Shown here: positions 57,531 through 64,000 of the stretch, piece by piece | How positions within the stretch are numbered: position 1 is the stretch's first letter | How the letters are laid out: every line of letters begins with the position of its first letter | Origin: Dermatophilaceae bacterium | Lineage (GTDB): Bacteria; Actinomycetota; Actinomycetes; Actinomycetales; Dermatophilaceae | Direction: 5' to 3' | Length of the DNA: 64,000 nt | NCBI GenBank assembly: GCA_013361975.1 | Contig: JABFXB010000019.1 | Coordinates: forward strand, 9,731-73,730 | Program-made: the position numbers and the translations under genes | The notes under the pieces: model-generated | The model's input: only the letters and a program-made list of their open reading frames with translations | What the model was told of the DNA's origin: nothing | Databases searched by the model: none

Positions 57531-57760
57531 AGACATGTCGCGAGCCACACCGTGGACGACGGTTCGCCGTTCTGAAAGCGACCACCCCAGGCATCCGAGC
57601 CTCGCCGCCGCCAGGCCAGAGCTGACACTCCCGAGGCGGCTGAGTGGCGGATGCTGCCAACTCGGCGGTCGGTACGTCTAGGGACGAAGCGACTGCGAAG
57701 GGTCAGCCCGGGCATGCCTGGCCGGCGGCGATACTCTGAGATTCCTCTCAGATTCGTCCG

Positions 57761-58003
57761 TCACGCGCGGCCGCCCCGGCGCGCGCGGGCTCGGCGGCGC
57801 ATGACGGACCCGAGCGCTCCGACGAGGATCAGGGCGGCCAGGGAGAGCAGCGCTGGACTATGGAGCGCGGCCGCAGCTACCCCGAGCGCGCCGCCGGCGA
57901 TCAGCGCTGGCCCGAGGGTGCAGCACGCGACGACGAGCAGGACCGCGCCGACCGCGGCCGCCGCGCCACCGAGCCCCGACCTGCTTTCGCGAGCGTCGAT
58001 CAT
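57761..58003 (-). CDS. Small MerT/MerF-like membrane protein
   Basis: Vicinal Cys pair in TM1 (VVACCTLGP); next to merA. Confidence 0.72.
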   Translation of the reverse strand: MIDARESRSGLGGAAAAVGAVLLVVACCTLGPALIAGGALGVAAAALHSPALLSLAALILVGALGSVMRRRARARRGGRA

Positions 58004-58033
58004 GTGCGTTCTCCGTTCGTTGCGGCGAGGGGG

Positions 58034-58423
58034 TCACGTGTCGATGCGCACGCACGCGGCCAGTGCCGCGGCGTTGTCGGCCGTCAGCGCGCGCGCCAGG
58101 CTGATGAGGTGCACGACGCGCGGATCCGTGACCTGGTAGCGGGTGAACCGGCCGTCGCGGCGCGCCGTGACGAAGCCGCAGTCGGCCAGGCACGCGAGGT
58201 GTGAGGAGACCCGAGACTGGGAAAGGCCCACCTGCTCGATGCACTCGCTGACAGTGCGTTCGCCATCGAGGAGGAACTCGAGCAGCAGCAGCCGGGTGGG
58301 ATCACCGATGGCGCGGAAGAACTTGGCCATCACCCGGCGTCCGGCGTGCTCGGCTGGCACCAGAGGGCTGCCGGGTGGCAGGCCCAGCCGTTCGACCTCG
58401 CGCGCAGCGGTCTGTGCCGGCAT
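58034..58423 (-). CDS. ArsR/SmtB-family metalloregulator (CmtR-like Cys pattern)
   Basis: FFRAIGDPTRL, SQSRVSSHLACLADCG, C-terminal ACV; AAGGAG RBS. Confidence 0.92.
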   Translation of the reverse strand: MPAQTAAREVERLGLPPGSPLVPAEHAGRRVMAKFFRAIGDPTRLLLLEFLLDGERTVSECIEQVGLSQSRVSSHLACLADCGFVTARRDGRFTRYQVTDPRVVHLISLARALTADNAAALAACVRIDT

Positions 58424-58456
58424 GGACAACTCCTTCGATCGATGACACTGTGAACC

Positions 58457-58480
58457 ATACATCCGGATATGCGGATATAA
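58457..58480. promoter_or_regulatory. Putative ArsR operator in the divergent mer promoter
   Basis: ATCCG-gatatg-CGGAT inverted repeat flanked by AT-rich bases. Confidence 0.6.
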
Positions 58481-58543
58481 CTAGTGCGGCGACAACAGTG
58501 CGGACAAGCGCATGCGGGGACGCCGGTATTGAGGAGAGGTTTC

Positions 58544-59968
58544 ATGACGCGATACGACCTGGCGGTCATCGGCTCCGGAGGTGGTGCGTTCGCTGCCGCC
58601 ATCCACGCCATCGGGCTCGGCAAGCAGGTGGTGATGGTGGAGCAGGGCACCGTCGGTGGAACATGCGTGAACACCGGGTGCGTCCCGTCCAAGGCGCTGC
58701 TCGCCGCCGCCGACGCGCGCCACGTCGCCGCCGACCCCCGTTTTCCGGGCATCGGTACGTCGAGCGACCCGGTGGACCTGCCCGCGCTCATGGCCGGAAA
58801 GCGGGACCTGGTCGAGTCGATGCGGTCGGAGAAGTATGTCGACCTGGTGACCGAGTACGGCTGGGACCTGCTGGCGGGCACCGCGACGTTCACCGGAACG
58901 CCCGAGCAGCCGAGCCTGGAGGTCACCGACGCCGACGGTCGGGTCCAGCAGGTCGAGGCCGAGCTCTACGTCGTCGCGACCGGCTCGGCGCCGTGGGCGC
59001 CCCCGGTCGACGGCCTGGACCAGGTCGGGTACCTAACCTCCACCAGCGCGATGGAGCTGGAGGAGCTGCCCTCCTCGCTGCTGGTGCTGGGCGGCGGCTA
59101 TGTCGCCTTGGAGCAGGCGCAGCTCTTTGCCCGGCTCGGCAGCACGGTCACGGTCCTGGCCCGGTCGCGGCTGGCATCGGCCGAGGAGCCGGAGGCAGGA
59201 GAGGTCATCGAGGCAGTCTTCGCCGACGAGGGCATCACCGTCGTCACCGGCGCTTCCATGTCCGCGGTCCGACGCGATGAGTCCACCGGCGAGGTCGTCG
59301 CCACCGTGGTCGTGGACGGCGCCCGCCGGGACTACCGCGCAACACACCTGCTGGTGGCGACGGGTCGGCGCCCGGTCACCGACGGTCTCGGCCTGGACAG
59401 CGTCGGAGTCAAGGTCGGCGACCGTGGCGAGGTCGTCGTGGACGACAGGCTCGGGACCAGCAATCCGCGAATCTGGGCCGTTGGTGATGTAACCGGCCAC
59501 CCGCAGTTCGTCTACGTAGCCGGCGCTCACGGCTCGGTCGCCGTCGACAACGCGTTCACCGGCGCGGACCGCGTCCTGGACTACACCCACCTACCCCGGG
59601 TCACCTTCACCAGCCCCAGCATCGCCGCGGTCGGTATGACCGACGAGCAGGCCAGCCGAGCCGGGATCCGCTGCGACTGCAGAGTTCTGCCGCTGCAGTA
59701 CGTGCCCCGGGCGCTGGTCAACCGCGACACCCGCGGCTTCGTCAAGATCGTGGCGGACGCCGACACCGGGCTCATCGTCGGCGCCACCGCCGTCGCCCAA
59801 GCCGCCGGGGAGCTCGCCGCCGCAGCCGGATACATCCTCAACGCTGGGATGACGGTCGAGCAGGTCGCGAACCTGTGGTGTCCCTACCTGACCATGACCG
59901 AGGGCATCAAGATCGCCGCCCAGTCCTTCACCACCGACGTGTCCAAGCTGTCCTGCTGCGCCTCCTGA
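58544..59968 (+). CDS. merA: Mercury(II) reductase (no N-terminal NmerA domain)
   Basis: GSGGGA, GGTCVNTGCVPSK, PQFVYVA, PYLTM, C-terminal KLSCCAS. Confidence 0.96.
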   Translation: MTRYDLAVIGSGGGAFAAAIHAIGLGKQVVMVEQGTVGGTCVNTGCVPSKALLAAADARHVAADPRFPGIGTSSDPVDLPALMAGKRDLVESMRSEKYVDLVTEYGWDLLAGTATFTGTPEQPSLEVTDADGRVQQVEAELYVVATGSAPWAPPVDGLDQVGYLTSTSAMELEELPSSLLVLGGGYVALEQAQLFARLGSTVTVLARSRLASAEEPEAGEVIEAVFADEGITVVTGASMSAVRRDESTGEVVATVVVDGARRDYRATHLLVATGRRPVTDGLGLDSVGVKVGDRGEVVVDDRLGTSNPRIWAVGDVTGHPQFVYVAGAHGSVAVDNAFTGADRVLDYTHLPRVTFTSPSIAAVGMTDEQASRAGIRCDCRVLPLQYVPRALVNRDTRGFVKIVADADTGLIVGATAVAQAAGELAAAAGYILNAGMTVEQVANLWCPYLTMTEGIKIAAQSFTTDVSKLSCCAS

Positions 59969-59997
59969 ACCACCCTTTCCCAAGGAGAACGACCCCG

Positions 59998-60245
59998 ATG
60001 GCCGCAGACCTGAACCACTCACCCGACGCCTGACCACCGCCGAGGCCGGCGCCGTGCCGTGGCTGTCGCAGCCTCTGCTGACCCTGCTCGCCCAGGCTGA
60101 CCCCGTCAGCCTCGAGAACCTCGCGGCCGCGACTGGCCGGAGCATCTCCGACGTGCGCCACGGGCTCACGGCGATGGCCGGCACCGAGTACGACGCGGAC
60201 GGCCGGATCCTCGGCCAGGGTCTGGTCCCCCCGCCCACGAGGTAG
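59998..60245 (+). pseudogene. merB: Organomercurial lyase MerB, frameshifted and truncated
   Basis: AAGGAG + ATG 59998 out of frame with LLAQADPVSLENLAAATGRS...TEYDADGRILGQGL; catalytic domain absent. Confidence 0.8.
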
Positions 60246-60615
60246 ATGTCCAGCCCCATCTCGACAGGGATGGGGAGTCGACGACGGGTTCGGCCTTGGG
60301 CCCGCTCGTCGTCGCCGACGAGCTCCGGCCGTGGCCCTCTCGGCGGCGGTGAAGCGCGCCCGCTCACTGCTGCGGGCGTCGTTACGGAATCGTGCGCAGC
60401 GGGCGCTACCACCGGCCTCGACGTGAGTCATCCGCTGGACTCTGACGGCAGCCGCGAAGGGGCGCGATCCCACCTTCACTCTCGAGAGCCATGTCCGCGG
60501 TCCCGGACCGGCTCCAGGGGGCGGCGAGCCCGACACGACGGCCGTCTGGTGAAGCGAGCGGTGGCCGCGCCGTGACGCTCGCGATGTCAGATGGCCCCTT
60601 CGGCAGATGCCCAGG

Positions 60616-61323
60616 TCACGTTCCCCCGGTGCCGGTTGGTTTGCGGCGGTAGGACACCACCAGCGCCAACATCGCGACGTAGAGGCCGCCACCGACCGCG
60701 ATCCAGCCCAGCGGTGACATCCCGTCGCGCAGCACCAGAGCCCAGTAGTCCCAGAACCTGGCGGCGACGAGAACGACCACGACCAGCAGCCAGACCGCGA
60801 CGATCGTCGATGGGTAGCGTGCGGCCCGCATGAGCACGCGCGGTGCGGGAAGCGCGCGAGCGGTCACATTGCGTGCCGTTACTGCGACGAACAGGGTGAT
60901 CGTGACGACCCACACGATCATGCAGTAGGGGCAGAGGGCCCCGATGCGGTAGAGGCTCTGAACGATGAGCCAGTGCACGAACACGAACCCGGCCGTCGTC
61001 CCGGCCTGCAGGCCGAGCCAGAACCAGCGGGTTGGCCGCGCCCCGGCCAGCAGGGCCACGCCGATCGTGGCGACGACTGTGAACCCGACCACGCCCAGCA
61101 GCGGGTTGGGGAAGCCGAACGCCTCGGCCTGCGGTGTCGACATGACCGACCCGCAGCTCAGCACGGGGTTGATGCTGCAGCTCGGGACGTACGTGGGGTC
61201 GCGAAGGAGCGCGAACTTCTCCACGAGCAGGACGGCCGCGGCGAGCAGGCCGATGGACCCGCCCCCGGTGAGGAGCCAGGCGAACCCGCGGCCGGTGCTC
61301 CGCTGTTCAGCGGGCGTTGGCAA
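60616..61323 (-). CDS. Vitamin K epoxide reductase (VKOR) family protein
   Basis: CSINPVLSCGSVM, FGFPNPLLG, LCPYCM. Confidence 0.93.
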   Translation of the reverse strand: MPTPAEQRSTGRGFAWLLTGGGSIGLLAAAVLLVEKFALLRDPTYVPSCSINPVLSCGSVMSTPQAEAFGFPNPLLGVVGFTVVATIGVALLAGARPTRWFWLGLQAGTTAGFVFVHWLIVQSLYRIGALCPYCMIVWVVTITLFVAVTARNVTARALPAPRVLMRAARYPSTIVAVWLLVVVVLVAARFWDYWALVLRDGMSPLGWIAVGGGLYVAMLALVVSYRRKPTGTGGT

Positions 61324-61984
61324 GGGCCGCGTCGATCTGTGTGCGGAAGTCCTCGGCTGATTCCGGGAGGAGCTGTTTGCCGTTGAGGAAGAACGTGGGG
61401 GTTCCCTGGACGCCGAGGGCGAGCCCGTCCTGCCGGTCCTTCTCGACCCGGGCCAGGGTCTGTGGGTCCTTGATCGCGGCGTCGTAGGCGTTCATGTCGA
61501 GGCCGAGGATGAGGGCGTCGGCGCGGAACCGCGCTGCCTCGGACGTCTGCTTCTCGCCCCATTCGGCCTGGGTGTCGTACATGCGCTGGTACATCTGCTC
61601 GAGCTTGCCCTGCTGCGCTGCTGCTTCGACGGCGAGGGCCGCGTTGGTCGCGTTGAAGTGGCTTTGGATCGGGAAGTATCGGATGACGAAGGTGACTTTG
61701 CCGGCGTAGTCCTTGCGCAGCTGTTCGACCAGCGGGTACGCGGCGCGGCAGGACTCGCACTCGAAGTCGAGGAACTCCACGAGGGTCACCTTGCCGTCGG
61801 CGGCCTCGTCGAGGCGGTGGCTGTCGGCCCGGACGAGTCGTCCGGCCGTGGTGCCGCCCCCGGTACTCGGCCCGGCGGTTGGTTCGGCATCTGCGGCGCG
61901 CGGGGACGTGAGCTGCAGCGCGGTCAGGATGATGGCGACGATGGCCGCGGCGAGCCCGGCGGCGATGACGGTACTGCGTTTCAT
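61307..61984 (-). CDS. dsbA: DsbA-family thiol-disulfide oxidoreductase
   Basis: EFLDFECESC, RYFP, GVQGTPTFFLNG; N-terminal anchor. Confidence 0.92.
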   Translation of the reverse strand: MKRSTVIAAGLAAAIVAIILTALQLTSPRAADAEPTAGPSTGGGTTAGRLVRADSHRLDEAADGKVTLVEFLDFECESCRAAYPLVEQLRKDYAGKVTFVIRYFPIQSHFNATNAALAVEAAAQQGKLEQMYQRMYDTQAEWGEKQTSEAARFRADALILGLDMNAYDAAIKDPQTLARVEKDRQDGLALGVQGTPTFFLNGKQLLPESAEDFRTQIDAALANAR

Positions 61985-62112
61985 GGATAGGGCTTTCGGT
62001 GGTTCGGCGACGACATGGGCTGAACGTGTGGGTTCCCTGAGCGGTTCCATACCGGCTCGACTGGGACCGGCGCGTGCGCCGGTGCACGTTTCGTTCCTGG
62101 GCAGGCGATGGG

Positions 62113-62298
62113 CTAGTGCGGTACGGCCGCTTCGACGACACCGATGATGACCGCCGCACAGCCGGCGGCAGTGGCGACCACCGTGGCGGCGCGGGGAAGC
62201 CGCCCGGTCAGGACGAGGCGGAAGAAGACGACGAGGGCGGACAGGGCCGTCCCCAGGAAGAGGGCGGTTCCGGTGACGGCGTAGTCGATGTCCGTCAC
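62113..62298 (-). CDS. Small two-TM membrane protein
   Basis: TDIDYAVTGTALFLG...IIGVVEAAVPH. Confidence 0.5.
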   Translation of the reverse strand: MTDIDYAVTGTALFLGTALSALVVFFRLVLTGRLPRAATVVATAAGCAAVIIGVVEAAVPH

Positions 62299-62476
62299 GG
62301 TCGCCACCTGTTCGGTCGGGTGATGGTGCAGCTGGCCAGGGGGCTGCGTTCTGTGCGCCAGGGGGCTCCCGCCCCGATGCGTTGCCGCTGCGACCGGGCC
62401 GCGGCAGCGCTCCGGGTGGATGCGGCGCTGGTGGTGGTGGGGGCGAGGCATCGGGGCAGGTGCATGGCGGGCATGG

Positions 62477-63337
62477 TCAGCCCCCGAGTTCGCCGAGGAC
62501 GTAGATCAGCAGGAAGCCGAGGAAGAACATCGCGGCCAGACCGGTGGTCTCCGCTTGTTCGTGTGCCTCGACGAGCAGCTCCTCGACCGCCAGGTAAAGC
62601 AGCGCAGCAGCGCCGAACGCCAGCACGGCGGCAAGCACAGCCGGGCTCGCTCCTGAGAGAGCGGCGGCGCCGCCGATCGCGCCAACCGCGGTGAGCAGGC
62701 CGAGGCCGGCGCAGATGGCCGCGCTGCGTGTCCTGCTGAGCCCGGAGTCGGTCAGCTCGGCTACGAGCGACAGCGACAGGAACAGGATCTCGAGGGTCAG
62801 CGCGATGGTGAGGATGAGACCTTCGGTGGCGCCCAGGCTGGCGCCCAGGCCGACCAGCATGCCGTCGATGAGAAGGTCGATCCCCACGGCCACCAGCAGG
62901 CCAATGGGCAGGGCAGCACCCGCCGCGCGGGTCACCGGCCGGGCCAGTGAGCCCGTGCGCACCCCACGGGCCGGATCCGGCCGCGGTCCCGTGCCACTGC
63001 CGGGCCCGAGGTCGGGCCGGGTGTCCAGCATGGGGGTGTCGGCTCGGGTGGATCCACGTTCGCGGGCCTGGTCGACACGGCGGCCGTATGCCGCGAGCCC
63101 GAGCATGACCGCGACTCCAAGGACGAACCCGGCGACGGACGCCGGCAGCCTTCCCTCACGTCGGAGGTCGGGCAGCACCTCACCGACGAGAGCAGCGATG
63201 ACGACGCCCGCAGCGAAGTGCTGAATGGCGCTGACCAGCCGCGGTCCGGGACGTCGAAGCGTGGCGACGGTCGCGCCGAGCGCGGCTGCGGCGACGGGGA
63301 AGGCGACGAGCCCCGCGGCCTGCGTCACGGCCGTCAT
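62477..63337 (-). CDS. ZIP/GufA-like metal transporter
   Basis: IQHFAAGVV, IDLLIDG, LTLE, LLYLAVEELLVEAH. Confidence 0.82.
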   Translation of the reverse strand: MTAVTQAAGLVAFPVAAAALGATVATLRRPGPRLVSAIQHFAAGVVIAALVGEVLPDLRREGRLPASVAGFVLGVAVMLGLAAYGRRVDQARERGSTRADTPMLDTRPDLGPGSGTGPRPDPARGVRTGSLARPVTRAAGAALPIGLLVAVGIDLLIDGMLVGLGASLGATEGLILTIALTLEILFLSLSLVAELTDSGLSRTRSAAICAGLGLLTAVGAIGGAAALSGASPAVLAAVLAFGAAALLYLAVEELLVEAHEQAETTGLAAMFFLGFLLIYVLGELGG

Positions 63338-63741
63338 AGCGACGTCCCTGGGCCGTCCGGGGACCTCGGCGGCTCCGTCGGCCACGATCCCGATGAGGCA
63401 CCGGGCATGCCCGGCGACGGGTCGTCTGGGGAGCCGTTATCACCCGCGTTGCGGCCCGAGTTGTTACGCGGTGTGGCGGCTCGCACCACCGGTGACGTGT
63501 CTGGCCCGGTGTCGCCGGCGGCGGATGTCGGGTGCTGTCGCTGGTCTCTCGCGCGCCGCCGACGGGACCGGGCGAGGACGGCGCTCAGTGCCACGGTCAA
63601 CAGGGCGATCCCGAGCAGGACCCAGAGCCATGGGCTGTGCGGCGCGTGCTGGAGGGGCTGGCCGTGAGCCGGGTCATCTCCGCTGCCCGGGGTGACGACT
63701 GGCGCGGCGCTGGCTGCCGCGATGAGGGCGCCGGGGCTCAC
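63334..63741 (-). CDS. Hypothetical single-TM protein
   Basis: Overlaps both neighbours by 4 bp; His-containing N-terminal part, TM, Arg cluster. Confidence 0.55.
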   Translation of the reverse strand: MSPGALIAAASAAPVVTPGSGDDPAHGQPLQHAPHSPWLWVLLGIALLTVALSAVLARSRRRRARDQRQHPTSAAGDTGPDTSPVVRAATPRNNSGRNAGDNGSPDDPSPGMPGASSGSWPTEPPRSPDGPGTSL

Positions 63742-64000
63742 GACTGCGCCAACGCATCGTCGACGAGGCCGGTGAGGATCTTGGCGGTGACGGGGCCAGA
63801 GACCCTGGCCGCGATCCGGCCCAGACGGTCCAGGACCAGCGTGGTGGGCGTCGCGACAGCTTTGCCCTGAAGGGCCAGGATCGCGACGCCGCCTTCGTAG
63901 GCAAGGGACGGGTACGTGATCTTGTGACGGGCCTGGAACGCGAGGCCCGTCTCTGGGGTTTCCATCTTGTCCAGGCCGATGAACTGCACCGCGAGCTTCC
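63738..64000 (-). CDS. TlpA-family oxidoreductase 2 (5' part outside the window)
   Basis: FIGLD...YPSLAYEGG...GKAVATPTTLVLDR..IAARV, paralog of 409-1026. Confidence 0.88.
   Translation of the reverse strand, partial: KLAVQFIGLDKMETPETGLAFQARHKITYPSLAYEGGVAILALQGKAVATPTTLVLDRLGRIAARVSGPVTAKILTGLVDDALAQS

Noticed and set aside
1-64000. IS elements, rRNA, tRNA
   Set aside because: No transposase or recombinase motifs, terminal inverted repeats with target duplications, or RNA gene signatures recognised by eye.

Overview
High-GC actinobacterial DNA forming a ~64 kb copper/heavy-metal resistance island with interspersed accessory debris. No rRNA, tRNA, CRISPR, transposase or integrase was recognised. 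Metal functions: three architecturally different P1B-type Cu ATPases, CopZ, two CsoR repressors, a Met-rich Tat multicopper oxidase, a DUF305 lipoprotein, two CopRS-like two-component sets (the second split 12 kb apart), a ZIP-like transporter and an ArsR-merA-(merB pseudogene) mercury module. Envelope and redox functions: CcdA, two TlpA, CcsB, DsbA-VKOR, Lgt, Lnt, an M23 peptidase, a membrane/SAM-methyltransferase fusion and a stand-alone cytochrome b. The strongest signal read directly from the DNA is an 11-bp-periodic direct repeat (TGAAGRTTY-nn-T[G/C]AAGR..), resembling the Corynebacterium glutamicum CopR box, at about 16 intergenic sites in consistent orientation. It suggests one island-wide copper regulon that also covers lipoprotein-maturation, cell-wall and redox genes and many unannotated small membrane proteins. 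Other signals: a duplicated two-hairpin 5' leader with compensatory base changes, a ~100 bp non-coding inverted repeat 13 kb apart, a phage-type adenine methylase/XRE/PIN/MazF-remnant cassette and a candidate HTH + RelE-like toxin-antitoxin pair. All family assignments come from motif recognition by eye; no database searches were run.
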